Assembly (NCBI GenBank): GCA_951406725.2
Contig: OX597823.1
Coordinates: 107,384,001 to 107,448,000, forward strand
Origin: Octopus vulgaris
Taxonomy: Eukaryota
Direction: 5' to 3'
Length of the DNA stretch: 64,000 nucleotides
Made by a program: the position numbers and the translations under genes
Shown: piece by piece, positions 27,465-41,525 of the stretch
How the letters are laid out: each line of letters begins with the position of its first letter
How positions within the stretch are numbered: position 1 is the first letter of the stretch
The notes under the pieces: model-generated
What the model saw: only the letters and a program-made list of their open reading frames with translations
What the model was told of the DNA's origin: nothing
The model's database searches: none

Positions 27465-27880
27465 ATGGATGAATGATTTATCCTTTGTTTACCGTTAACA
27501 TGGAAAATTCAATAAACAGTTACCAAGGTAGCAAAATTCACGCAAGTAACATAGATGAAGCGACCTATTCAAAGGTAGAAACTCCGGGTTAATGTGCAGT
27601 AATTTGTGTATTATAAGTAAATAAATGGATTTTAATGAAGATGTTATTAAAATTCTTTTACTTTCGACATATATTTCGAAGACAACATGGTTTTATTCCA
27701 AAGGAATAAACGGTGTAAAATGCAATCTTCTCATCAGGAAAGAAAGAGAGCCTATCTCAACAACAAGACATTATAACAATTACGTTGACTGCTTAAATGA
27801 TAAACAGAATGTTATTAAGTATTATAAATTGTTGAAAGTAAAAGAATTTTAATAACATCTTCGTTCAACACCATTTATAT
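27465..27880. mobile_element. (TA)n-bounded HHR element with an internal inversion (family shared with 43350-43655)
   Basis: 27469-27583 resembles 43359-43458. Inverted repeat 27636-27669 / 27830-27863. HHR on the minus strand. Confidence 0.75.
27661..27742 (-). ncRNA. Type I hammerhead ribozyme motif, intact core
   Basis: Minus strand ctttc-CTGATGA-gaaga...tcttc-GAAAT-atat-GTC-gaaag, with an inner hairpin tttattcc/ggaataaa. Confidence 0.75.
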
Positions 27881-27885
27881 ATATA

Positions 27886-27947
<62 letters not shown>

Positions 27948-29924
27948 ATGTATATATATATATATATATATATACATACACACACACACAACTTTTACAA
28001 GTTTCACAAGGAATCATAATGCTAAATGATTTTCTGATTGTCCTTCTGCATATAGTTGTAATGATGACGATAGCAATGATTTCCTGCTTGATGGTAACGG
28101 TGTGGCGAAGTCATTAACGCTGTGACAAACTGAGCATAAGCAACAATTCGCAAAGAGGACATTCTCCATGGCACTATACTGTTAGGAATTCATCGTAGCA
28201 CTCAAAGAGCAATTATACTCGGTTTTTGAGACAGAGGGAAGCCTACATATGTTCAAGATAACTTGATCATTGCTAGGTTATGCTTCTTCGTTCAAAAATG
28301 AAAAGATTTTGGTGAAAACTGATTTACCATTTGTACCGAACTGTGAAACTTTGTTTTATTCTAAAACTTTAAAGGCTATAACTTGAAATCTGAGCTTTTA
28401 TCATTATGTAAGCACTCTTTGAAGTATCCTTTTATATGCCACCAGATGGATAATGTCAGAAGTACCTATGAATTGTCGAAAATTGCTGGATCATGGAATT
28501 ATGCATTGTATATTTAGCACCTTTATCAATTTTTTAAAAATCGTAATAGACATTTACACTACTTTATTTTCTTTTTTATATGCATAACTTATTCCACTTA
28601 ACCTAATCTCTTCTTCCAACGATTTTTTTCAAATAGTAGTTGCTTTATGAGACTGAATGTGAGATAACGGGATTTATCAATATCCGATCAAAAAGTATGA
28701 TATTCACACATAATCTTCGTGGTTTATTAAGTATTGGTTCCCTTGCTCTACTGATCCCAGTTATCTGATGGTTGAAACCGAGGAAGTCTTAGATTTCCAA
28801 CAGGTATGTTGTTGAAGACAAAAAAAAATCGAGGGAAATATTTTCTTATTCCAGTTGCCATAGTTTCGGTTGCTTCAGTTTAAGCATGTGGAGATACATA
28901 ATTACAAGAATAAAATTCCGAAAACTGTCTACAATATACAAACATCTCTGAGAAGTGACATGCTACAGGCATTTAAATATTTTAAAACTATTTGAAAGAG
29001 AATATTACTTAAATCTCACCGAACACGTAACTTTTGTAAGCAAGAGGTCCAGTGTATTTCAAATCAATTAGTTGAGTCACAGTTACTCAGTCACGTCATT
29101 CTTAATGTACCTTGCATATTTTGTTTAAATCTGCGCAGCTAGATTTTCTTTAATTCAGAAATTGTTGACATTATACTGCTATATATTTAAGGTTATAAAC
29201 TGGAATACAATGAACAGTATCACAAGTATGAGATTGGATCTATTTCAACACGCGAATATCTGAATAGCTTACATATTCCAGATATAATTCGAAAAAATAT
29301 GATTCCTTCAAGCAGAAAGTAAAATATAAAAAATGTATGTACGTATATTTATCTTTGTTAAAAACTGACTAATTTCTATGGAAATGAGAAATATGATAAT
29401 TGAGAATCAAGATAATAGTTTTCACAAATGTTAGTCACACCAGACAGAATGGCGGCTTTGAATTTCAGTTTGGCCAACAAGATTCATCATATCTTTCAGC
29501 AGAAACATCTGAAAAAAAAAAGTAGAGGATGCCGTTTGATCTGCTTCGTACGGTTAAACTAATATTAAAATAATGGTTATAAACATAATGTTTAAACATT
29601 TAGGTATATTTCCTAAGCGAAGATTATCCTTTAAACATCCAAGCGTTAAGTACTTCAGATCCCTACTTGAAATGAAATAAAAATATATTTATGGGAAAAG
29701 TCTACAATAGATGAAGGGAATAGGGTGCAGAGAGACGGGTGGTTTGAATGTTCGTACCTCGTAGTAAAGTGTATTGTTTTAAGTGGACTCTTAGAGAATG
29801 ATTATCTACACTAGACGTCTAACATTTCCAGTTTGGTAACTCACTCATTTAACTTTTTTAATATGCCACTGAATGTATATTGTGGAATGTTCGCTGAAAA
29901 GAAACGCTGAAAATAAAAGCTACG

Positions 29925-29967
<43 letters not shown>

Positions 29968-31329
29968 CACATCTAAAGGGAAGTTGTTGGAAAAGGATAT
30001 TTGATACAATCACAATATTTGAGGCACGATTTTCTTAAGTTAAAATTTATTAATTATTTTCAAAAAATCTTAAAAGTAACAGAATGACACAAACATTTTG
30101 AAAATAAGTTTTGTGTTGTCATAAGCACTTTTCGCTATTTCCGGCTGTTCATACATTTTTGCAAGTAGCAAATTGGAAATACTCCCGGTTTTGAAAATGA
30201 AAGGAAAAAACAAATGATCAACTACGAAAGAAGAATACTTTATAAGAATTCTAAACCCGAAACGAAAGTGAGTATAATTAACAACGCTACTAAAACAACA
30301 ACCTCTATACGCATTAACTTATAACACGTGTGTTTGAAAAGCTGAAAACCGCAAAAAGCGTTTAACACCAGAAAACTTTCTTCCAAAAACTTTGAATCAT
30401 TTTGTTATTTTAAAGAATTTTTATATAATTAATAACCTTTAAGTGAAGAAAATATTCTTCAAATACACGCACGCGCTTGTGCACACATACACTCAAGCAC
30501 ACACGCACGCGCACACTCACACTCACACGCACACAAACAAACAAACAACATACACACACACATACCTATATTCATTCATATGCATATATATACATCAACA
30601 TTTATATATTCAACTTGATAGATACACACATGATTATGCAATCATACATTCTTACATACTTATACATATATATAAATGTACATATATTATAATTAGATAT
30701 ACATTTATTATATTATATCATACGTGAATATAGATGATATGGAGGAAGCCTTGGACGAAACTGGGTAAAGCTCGACTTGCTTCGTCTGCTTAGTAAAGTT
30801 TTATGAAATGTCTGAGTTCGATCTACCAAAAGAGGAAGCATTTGAGAGCAACTTATGAAAGATTTGATGAACTACAATTGCGATTTAACTTTATTGCATG
30901 TCAATAAATTCCGATTCCGTTTCTTTTAAACGAAAAATTTACTGAAGTAAGTACTTTGATACGTCGGTAATACTCTGTTAAAACTTGTTGAATATTTCTC
31001 GGGTTTGTTGCTGCAGAATGAACCGTGAGAGCTATTTCCAAAATCACACATGGCTATATTTATGAAACTTACACTTTATCCACATACACGCACAAGCGAT
31101 TTTAGCAGTTCCATTAATATAACACGCACGAGCGTAATTATACACATAAAGTATTTTCTGGCTATTTTCTGCGCCCGTATTGCAAGAGTATAGTCTTCAA
31201 AATGAGAGTTAATATCACAGTTGTTAATCAAGGAAAAATTATTTTGATTGCCAATGTTTGAAGCTCTCTGGAAATACATTCCTGTATGAACTTTTGCTAG
31301 AATGCATGCAACTTTTCATCAAATGATTT

Positions 31330-31650
31330 GTTGCTCAAATGTTGAGCAACATCCCTGGATGTGCATCCTAGAACTTGTGGACATCCATCTCTTGCCCAAG
31401 ATGAAAATGCAGCTTAAAGGTCGCCATTTTAACACCGTTGTCAAGATCCAGAGTAAATCACAGAAGATCCTCAACTTGTTTATGGTAAACAACTTTCAGA
31501 CCGGATTACAAAAGTGGCAGGAAAACTGGAACGGGAGTATTGCTACGCAAAGCAACTATTTTGAAGGAGATGATGTTAAATCTTAGGTTAATATGCTATT
31601 TCTTTTTTATTAAACATAACTAGTCCTAGAACGTTTTGATAAGACTTCGT
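31330..31650 (+). pseudogene. Mariner transposase C-terminal relic with a TIR-like end
   Basis: LLPKMKMQLKGRHF...FQTGLQKWQENW..SIA.Q.NYFEGD matches the mariner C-terminus (LFPKLK..LKG..F...W..RW..C....G.YFEGD). Ends ...acgttttgataagacttcgTA. Confidence 0.8.
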
Positions 31651-32408
31651 ATGTATGTATGTATGTATGTATGTATGTATGTATGTATGTATGTATATAT
31701 GGATGGATGCATGGATGCATGCACGTATGTATGCATGTACGCATACATGCATGTATGTATGCATGCATGTATATATGCATGCATGTATATATGCATGTAC
31801 ATACCTTCTTTCGTTCCATCTTTCTTTTTCTGTCCTTTTTCTGTCTGTTTCTCTTTCTGTCCCTTCTCCTCTCTCTCTCTCTCTCTCTCTCTCCCTCTCT
31901 CTCTCCCCCTCTCTCTCTCCCTCTCTCTCTCTCCTACATACAACTACACGTTCATTACATATATTTCTTTCATCTATTTCTTTCCCTCTTTCTGTTTCTC
32001 TAAATCTTCCACTTTACTTACTCCTACAACTCAACTGGTATCGTCTGCTTCTTCCAGAGAGATCTTTTTTCACCACAGTTTCTCCATAACTAGTTGGTAT
32101 TGCATGTTGTCCATAAAAGACCATTTTCCAGGACATTCTTTTAAAATTAAAATAATCATGAAAATATTCACATTTGAATACTTCAAAAATAATTACTGTC
32201 AAAAGCGAATACATAGATTTTCTTAAGGTATCATTTTGTTATATCGTGTCAAATAATGGATTTATATCAATTGTTTTAATATAAGCAAAATATGTTTGAA
32301 TGAATTTATATTTCCTTATACCACCTATCAATACACTAGCAAAAATGTTGGTCTGTTTCAAACACACACACGTACATATATTGGTAAATACACTAACACC
32401 TATGTAAG

Positions 32409-32514
<106 letters not shown>

Positions 32515-32585
32515 AAGAGATACAAATTCTCAGTATACAAATATACACACACACATATAAATATATATATACATATATATAAATA

Positions 32586-32661
<76 letters not shown>

Positions 32662-32678
32662 TGCATATACGTGTGTGC

Positions 32679-32706
<28 letters not shown>

Positions 32707-32711
<5 letters not shown>

Positions 32712-32956
32712 ATGGTTGCATACTGTCAATTTAACGTGACAGTAGGGGATTACACCACTGCTGTTTAGCCCTAGGAAGCATCGACGCTTCTTGTCGGCTT
32801 CGACACACTTACTGTGTCCTTATATATGTGTGTAGTGTCCTTATATATGTGTAAGTGTGTCGAAGCTGACAGGAAGCGTCGATGCTTCCTAGGGCTAAAC
32901 AGCGGTGGTGTAATCCCCTACTGTCACGTTAAATTGACAGTATACAACCATTATAT
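32707..32956. mobile_element. Near-perfect palindromic element (106-bp arms) next to (TA)n
   Basis: Arms 32707-32812 and 32851-32956. A second family member lies at 50527-50746. Confidence 0.85.
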
Positions 32957-33009
32957 CGCCCCACCATCATACATATCTCTATGAGATATTTAGAAATTTA
33001 ATATTTCTG

Positions 33010-33058
<49 letters not shown>

Positions 33059-33061
<3 letters not shown>

Positions 33062-33456
33062 GCAGTATCGCCCGGCGTTGCTCGGGTTTGTAAGGGAAAT
33101 AACTATATAAGCATTTTTAGAGAGTTATAGCCAAAAAATAGCAAAAACATTCATTAAAAATGGAAGAAAACATTGTGGTAAATTTTTTCTAAATCGTTGA
33201 CTCATCGTAGACATTTTTAGAGAGTTACTTCCCTTATATAATAGCGAAAAAATGCATTAAAATGGAAAAAAATTATGCTAAATTTTTTTTTAAATTGTAG
33301 ACTCATCGTAGATGCGCGCTAATACCCAGAAGGGCTCGATGTGAATCACGACTATAAGATACCCGGTTTTGGTTAAACTACACCGCAAAATGTGGGAGTA
33401 GTTAGGAATCTAAATCGTAGGAGACAGACACACAACCTTACTTTTACATATAAAGA
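33059..33456 (-). mobile_element. Non-autonomous Helitron-like element
   Basis: Minus strand starts A|TCTTTATATGT and ends with hairpin cccgagcaacgccggg plus a CTAG-like terminus. Termini are shared with 38677-39057. Confidence 0.7.
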
Positions 33457-34367
33457 TATGCTTGTACATGCGTTTATATATATATATATACATACATATA
33501 TGTAAGTATACAGAAAAATGATTATATATTGCTTCAGCGTCACTATACATATTTAAGTATAATATATTCATCCTCAGTATTGCTCTCTTCTGTCCTGTGA
33601 CTTTTCTGGGTTATTACTTGGTTAAGTACAGTCAATCTCATTTATTCTCAGACCTTTATTTTTTGATTACCCGGAAAATAAACATTAGTTTAACGGGTAA
33701 ATATATAGTAAAAATTATATTTCCAAATTTATCTCGCTATGTGGGTAAATACATAAAGATTCCGTATATACATATTCATGAGTGTATATAAATGCAATTA
33801 ATTCATTATATGCCCCTCGAAACAATTTGTTGTATGTTTGCCAGTTCGTCATAACAAGCATTTTACAGATTTTCCAGAAATTCTTCCAGTGAAAAGTTGT
33901 TGTCTTATAAAACAAAAGAATCTTACTGCGGCTCTCGATGTGCTAGATAAAACAGCTGGAATGTCCCGCAAACCGTATGTTAGACGGCTTAGTGTTTTTC
34001 ACCTGTAGAAGTTTTAAATCAGACATGAGCAAACTGCAACCCGTGGGACTTTCTGAAGGGCACACAAATGAAAAACTATCGTGAACTTTTTCTAGTAGTG
34101 CGGACTGCGTGAGGATGGGTCATGTCTTATCCAGTCCGCCTCTAGTAGAAGTTGCCCTTACCTACTTTAAATCATAAGTCTGAGCGATTAAGTTGGATCT
34201 GGGCATAAACAAGATTATTCATTCACTACATCATCTGATATTTATTTATATTCTTTTCAGTCACAACAATACATAGATATACACTGACATACATACATGC
34301 ACCTACACTTCCCCATACACACAGACCATCTCTCTCAACAGCTCTCACTCTCTCTGATCTCTCTCCG

Positions 34368-34401
<34 letters not shown>

Positions 34402-34451
34402 TACCCCCTTTCTCAACTCTGCTCCTCTCGATCTGCCCTCCTCTCTCTCAC

Positions 34452-34489
<38 letters not shown>

Positions 34490-37235
34490 ACTCTCTCTCT
34501 CTCTTTCTCTCTCAGACTCACACACCTATAATGTATGTAAGCAGTTTTTGTTCATTTGGGTCTCTTCGAAGATTTTCTCAATAATTTCGGTGAAAATTCT
34601 TAGATTCTTAGTTTTTGTTATTTGTGAACAGATTTCTTAGCTATACACAAGTATTTTGATACACAATGTTCTCAAGATTTTATTCTATTGCCTATTGTAA
34701 AATCAAGCAAATAATTGATTATAACAATTCTTTCGTTATAATTACTAGTTGGTCAGTTATTTGTAAAGTTATTAAATGGCAGGTCAATGGCATATCAAAG
34801 CAAAATTCTCTCTAACTATATACGAAGTCTTTACTAAAATGTTAATAACTTCATTTAACACACACACATGTATATGCACATATGTGCATATACACTTATA
34901 CGTATTAAGAGATACACATACACATTCTTACACATACAGACAAAAAAAACAAGACACACACACATAGATATATATGCACATACTATATATACATCTGTGT
35001 GTGTGTTCTTCCACGAACTTTGTTATTGTGAACATGGATCTTTTCAGTTTCGCTCACAGATTTTTTAATTATTTTTTTTAACTAAACAGTTTGAAAATTC
35101 CTCTTATGCGCCCTTCTATTACCTCCTATTACTCTATCCATCTTTTCTCCAGATAGTGTCGTCTGCTTTCTTCCCTTTGGATTTTTACCTGTAATTTCTT
35201 CATGGTCAGTTGATAATGCACGGTGTATTACATTTTTATTTTATCGTGAGATTTCCTTTTACCTTTTTTCGTTCTATCACCTCAGTATTACGTATACATA
35301 TATACTCATACTCGGCGCGCGTATAGACAAACGTATATCCCACCCACATTCGCGCGCAGGTATTTTTAAAGCAGGTGTCTGCATTTTTTGTTCATGGAAT
35401 ATATGCACCATGTTAGTCCATCTTAAAATTATATTTCATTATTGAAAACGATTTTAGAAGATTTGTTTTTAGTAGCTCTCAAAATTTTATTTTCTTCTAA
35501 TATGATAAATCAATGTCTAGTTTTATTGGTAAATCTTACTTTAATGGCAGTTCATAGTAAAATTTATATTTCATGCACATCCTTATTTAGTATGAACGTT
35601 TTATAAAATATCAAATCCTAAATTGTTTTAAAGTTCTGCTCATATTGTTTCATAGCACGTATATACATTTATATAGTGACACGGATACACAAAAACCCTA
35701 AGCAGATGTATGTATGAACGTATATAAGTATGGCTGTATAATTTCTATGTATTGTAAGTACGTGTGTAGGTGTGTGTGTGGAGTTTGTGCTATTCGCCAT
35801 TTGATAAAAATATTTTTTCAGTCAAAACAGTTACCTCTCCCTTAATGTATTACTTTACACGGCGTGCGTAACGTTTTCTCTTGGTGTATCAATTGGTAAA
35901 AGTCTTTTCTCTGCCCTCAAACTATACGATGTATCTTTCCATTCGCGTCTCGCCAGTTTCAACATATCTCTTGCTCGAAACCGATTTGCAATGCGAATGT
36001 GTGTGCTCTCGTGTGTACATATGTGAGTGTGTGTGTATCTGTGAAGGTGTGTGTGTGTTAGTCTGCATATGTGTGTGTGTGTTTGTCTGCATATATGTGT
36101 GTGTGTGTGCATGTGTGTGCGTAAGGCTTCTCTTACATAATGAATTGCCTTTCTATCTCTCTTCATCTCCCACTCCCTCATATTTTTCCTCTTTTAAAAA
36201 TTAAAACTTCCCTTTTTTACATTTTCAACGTCCGCTTACTCTCTCTCTCTTTTATTATCTCTCTCACTCACTCTCTCTCTTTCTCTCTCTCTCTTTCGTA
36301 ATATGTGTATATTTCCTGCAACTACAAATACAGGCTCTAGAAATCTATCTGCGCCTGTGTATGTGAATGTGTGTGCTTGTGGGTTTGTGTGGGCACGTGT
36401 GTGTGTGTGTGTGTGTCTGTGTGTGTGTGCGTGCGCGCTCTGTTTGGATATTTTGAGATGCTAAAATGTTGAGGTCAGGGATAGGCCGCCCACATAATTT
36501 GGATTTTCTCCGTTTACACGGGAATTTTTCGGATTTTTTTTCACGGTGCCCTTGGAAATGACGCGTTGGGGGGAATCTTTTTACCAAAAGCAATTCTCGA
36601 AAATGGTCAATGGGCACTACGCACTTAAAAACCAGGGGAGAAACCTTTTCGTTACATAAAAAAAAACAATTCAACCCCATATTCATGAATTTGTTTCTCT
36701 CAGGATGATACATGGAATATTTTTCTTTTTTTCTTTTCTTTTAACGAAAATGTTTCTCCCCTCGTTTTTAAGTGTGCAGTGCACACAAAATCGACCAAAA
36801 ATCGTTCCGAGATGAGGGTTAAAAAAAATCATCATATCCCTGACGTCCCCCAACTTAGAAATGAAACTATAAGAAAATCTATATTACCTTTCTTTTCAAC
36901 GGATATATTTTGAGGTGTAAAGGACCACTTTATCAAATATTATATTTAAATTAATTGAGTCATTAGTGTATGAGTGATTTGAAGATTTTGTTTTATCTAG
37001 GAGCTCCGGAATCTTAAAGCGATTCCTGTGTTGTACAGGACAACAGAACTTCAGCTGCGAAGTTTGCCGAAAATCTATTCAATGCTTCACATGGCGAATT
37101 GGCCAGAACAGAACTAGAAATGCTATTCTAGATCAGAGTTTAAAGACAATGATATACGCATATACGTGTGTGTGTATACATACATCCATTCACGTATACA
37201 TGTAAATACATACTACATATATATGTATATATGTG

Positions 37236-37273
<38 letters not shown>

Positions 37274-37547
37274 TGTACGTATGTATATATATATAAATAT
37301 ATAACTACACACACATATACTTACTCTTTTACTTGTTTCAGTCAGTTGACTGCGGTCATACAGGAGCAATACACACACTTCAGTAATTCTCGTAGTATAA
37401 ACGTGAGACTTTGTGACATTGAAATTGGCAATAAAGTGACATATATATATATATAAAATATTATTAGAGACAAAACCACTATTTTGCAAAACAAACAAGG
37501 AAAGACTTAATCAATACATAACATTTTAATAAATAGTCAAAAAACCG

Positions 37548-37590
37548 CCACTACAATTGTTTCTTGTCTTGATCGACAATCTTCAGGTGG
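37548..37590 (-). ncRNA. Minimal type I hammerhead ribozyme, intact
   Basis: Exact reverse complement of 37651-37693. Confidence 0.85.
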
Positions 37591-37650
37591 ACTTCCAATA
37601 AGTCAGTTTCAAATTATGAAGTCATAATTTTAAACTGACTTATTGGAAGT

Positions 37651-37693
37651 CCACCTGAAGATTGTCGATCAAGACAAGAAACAATTGTAGTGG
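37651..37693 (+). ncRNA. Minimal type I hammerhead ribozyme, intact
   Basis: ccac-CTGAAGA-ttgtc-gatcaa-gacaa-GAAAC-aatt-GTA-gtgg; stems I and II fully paired, minimal stem III with a palindromic loop. Confidence 0.87.
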
Positions 37694-37870
37694 CGGTTTT
37701 TTTGACTATTTATTAACATTTTATGTATTGATTAAGTCTTTCCTTGTTTGTTTTGCAAAATAGTGGTTTTGTCTCTAATAATATTTTATAATATTTTACT
37801 ATAAAATTGGATTTAATCCTAAATCTGATTTTTTTTCCCTGTAAATTTGGATTTATTCCCTAATATTTAT

Positions 37871-37941
<71 letters not shown>

Positions 37942-38676
37942 GTACATTGTATTGGGAAAAATAATAGGAAGAAATATATGTTCCTAAATATTTTCCTCAT
38001 AATAGAACGATAAATATTAAGACTCACTTGATTTAGCACAAAATAATATTGAGGATTTTTTCTTAAGTGTAAATATGTTTTGAAATAATTGAAATTTGGT
38101 TATTTTCGTTGTATTTATATTTTAAGGACGTCAACACGGAAAATAACGCACTGCCTTGTTTATCCATCAAACATTTCATAATTTCAAAATGGTTTCCTAA
38201 GATGTTTTTTATTTACATGGTGCCCAATATGCTCAGAATTTGATTATCCTGTATTGTGACAGACCACGGTGAAACGGCCAGTTTTTAATTCCGTGTTCTT
38301 ACGTATATCCAGTTACTTCATGGCCTTTCACATATCCAACGCTTTACAAAACATTAAACTGAAATTTGTCCTTAAGTTGGACTCATACTGTTTCACAAGC
38401 ATGTATATATACATTTATGCTACTAAAAGTTGACACTGATACTTAAAAAACTAAATGCGTGTGTTTATGGGTAAAGTATATATGTATGTAAGCATGTAGT
38501 TATGATTGCATGAGTGTTACGTATATATGTACATACGGATGCACGTATGCGTATATAAAACTTTCGCACTTGTTACACGGTGTCTCTCCTATGTACAAGC
38601 TTATTTCAAATTGGTTTAAAAGATTTTTTTTCCAGTCAAAACACCGTTGTGTATCGCCCTGAATTTATACAATCAA

Positions 38677-39057
38677 CTAGCAGCATCGCCCGGTGTTGCT
38701 CGGGTTTGTTTCGGCCCTTTAGAATTGGAATTTTTGAAAAGTAATAATTTTGCATTATATAGCTTGTTATTCTCTTTAAGTGAACATTTTTCTGGCTGAA
38801 ATACACCGAAATATGGCCACACAGCAGTCACAAAATCGTAAAAAATAGGGATTTTCATAGAAAAAAAAGCACCTTTTGATGTAAATAATTTTTGGTGCTA
38901 ACATGGTCCGATTTGAATTTTTCCGTTTATGAAAGGAAGAGCAAGTCTTCTATCATATTCTCAATTTTGGTCAACTTCTACCGCAGGGTCTCGGAGGAGA
39001 TAGTGGCTACCAAACCTGCCATACACAGACAACATCAGCTTTATATAGAGAGAGAGA
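38677..39057 (-). mobile_element. Non-autonomous Helitron-like element
   Basis: Minus strand A|TCTCTCTCTCTATATAAAG ... cccgagcaacaccggg hairpin ... CTAG|T. Confidence 0.72.
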
Positions 39058-39488
39058 TATCTTGTCGTATGTATCTCTTCAGCTTCATTGTATCTCTCTC
39101 CACCACCTCCGCCACCACTACCAACACCCTCTCTTTCTCTCACCCACCCCGTCTCTCTCTCTCTCCCTCTCTCTCTCTCTCGTTGCCTTTCTAAACAGTA
39201 AGGTCATTGCCAAGCGTGTGTATGTGTGTGCCTCTATGTGTGTGTGTGTATGTTGTGTTGTGAGTGAGCGCATGTATGTGTCTGTGTGTGTGTGCGTGTG
39301 CATGCATATGTGTAGCGTTTGTCGTATTCAATAAGTTGCTTCTTTCTCTTACCCTCTCTTCATCTCCCTCCCCCTCCCTTATAAAGTTCTCCACTTTTAA
39401 AACTTAAAACTTCGCTTCTTTTTCTTCTTCCAGCGTCCTTGTTTCCTTTTCTTTTTATTACTCTCTCTCTCTCTCTCTCGCTTTCTTT

Positions 39489-39519
<31 letters not shown>

Positions 39520-40138
39520 CTTTCGTAATATATGCATATTTCTCTCTCATTTCGTCTTAATCTCCCCGCTCTTACCTCCTCCCACTACTCTTCCTCCATC
39601 TCCCTCCAGATAGTGTCGTCTGCTTTCAGTCAGCGTTTCCAACATGGCTTTTTTTCATGGCCAAATTGGTATTGCATGATGTCATATAAATTTTAGCCCA
39701 TGATCTTATCAATTAATGTAAATCACCTTCGAAGACTTCCTTAAAGTATGAATATAAAAATACCCAAATTTCGAAACTTACAAAAAATATCTGCACTCAA
39801 GAAGGAAGCATCTAGACTATTCTCAAGATATTTAACCATTTTGCGTTAAATCATGTAAGTTTTTATATTCATCATTCTATTATATAAGGAAAACATCCAT
39901 GAACACCTTATATTTCTCAGTTCAATGTATTTAGAAAATATGTAACAATAATGTCATATTTAATGAATCTAGGTGTATATATACATACATACACATACAC
40001 TCTCTTAATTATGGACTCCTTTCTAAATCTCAAATCAAAATTTGTATTTAAGTTGCTCTCATATTGTTTCATGTAGCATTTGTATACATTTATGTTTATA
40101 TGCATTCACATGGATACTTAAAAAAACCCCAAAGGACT

Positions 40139-40515
40139 CCGAAAATTCATATCAGGAGTGTTCCGAGCCCTCTCACCACTTCTCCGTTAGCCGGCGCAAT
40201 TTTTTTCTTCATATTCGTTCACTACACATTATTTTACACCTAGTACACTATGTGTTTATCAAATTTTGTGAAGTTAGATGGGTAGGGCACAGACTCGGAT
40301 AATTCACAAAGATCCAGTTACCCGACCTCGACACCAGGACAACAACAACAAAAATTAAATGAATAAAAAGTGCAATAGGCGTAAAATAATGTGTACTAAA
40401 TGATTATGAAAAAATGCGTGCTGGCGAACAGAGGTGGTGTGAGGACAGGACTTGGAAAATTCACAGGATCCGAAAACTCAACGTTAACACCCGGCCACAA
40501 AAATGAAGCAAAAAT
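40139..40515 (+). repeat. Recent direct duplication of about 380 bp (second copy 45231-45610)
   Basis: ccgaaaattcatatcaggagtgttccgagccctctc...cacaaaaatgaagcaaaaata is nearly identical at both positions. Confidence 0.9.
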
Positions 40516-40752
40516 AGTCTGGTGGTGGTGGTCGTGGTGGGGTTGCATCTGTGTGCGTATGTGCGGAGTGAGCTCATGTGTGTGCATGTGGGTGCGTAAG
40601 GCTTCTCTTACATAATGAATTGCTTCTTTCTATCTCTCCTCATCTCCCACTCCCTTATAAATTTTTCCTCTTTTAAAAATTAAAACTTCCCTTTTTACAT
40701 TTTCAGCGTCCGCTTACTCTCTCTTTTATTATATCTCTCTCTCTCACACACA

Positions 40753-40804
<52 letters not shown>

Positions 40805-41044
40805 TTATCTCTCTTTCGTAATATGTGCATATTTCTCTCTCATTTCCTCTTAATCTCCCTGCTCTTACCTCCTCCTACTACTCAGTCCATCTTCCTCCTC
40901 ATAGTGTCGTCTGCTTTCTTCCATTTCCCTATACTTCCTTCATGGCCAATTGCTATTGCATGTATTTTATTTTACCTCAAGATTTATCAATTCATGTAAA
41001 TCACCTTCGAAGACGTCCTTGAAATATAAATTCAACAAAAATAA

Positions 41045-41293
41045 CCAAATTTCAATTATTTCACAACATATTTACACTTAAGAAAAGAATCCTCAATACA
41101 TTTGATCATATTGTGCTAAATCAAGTAAGTCTCAATATTTATCGTTTTATTTATAAGGAAAACATTTAGGAACATATATTTCTTCCTATTATTTTTTCCC
41201 AATCCAATGTACTTAATTATATATATATATATATGTCACTTTATTGCCAATTTCAATGTCACAAAGTCTCACGTTTATACTACGAGAATTACT

Positions 41294-41349
<56 letters not shown>

Positions 41350-41525
41350 GCTCCAGCATGGCCGCAGTCAACTGACTGAAACAAGTAAATGAGAAAGTAT
41401 ATGTGTGTGTATTTATATATTTATATATATATATATACATACGTACACACACACACATATATATATGTAGTATGTATTTACATGTATATGTAAATGGATG
41501 TATGTATACACACACACGTATATGC
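41045..41525 (-). repeat. Inverted paralog of about 37150-38085 lacking the 37455-37872 insert
   Basis: 41235-41294 is the reverse complement of 37381-37440; 41164-41217 is the reverse complement of about 37937-37990. Confidence 0.9.

Larger units (their letters stand above)
37455..37872. mobile_element. Palindromic double-hammerhead element inserted in (TA)n
   Basis: Arms about 37452-37619 and 37622-37790 with a 2-nt spacer and few mismatches, plus an approximately 80-bp unique tail. (TA)n on both sides; empty paralogous site at 41218-41234. Confidence 0.88.
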
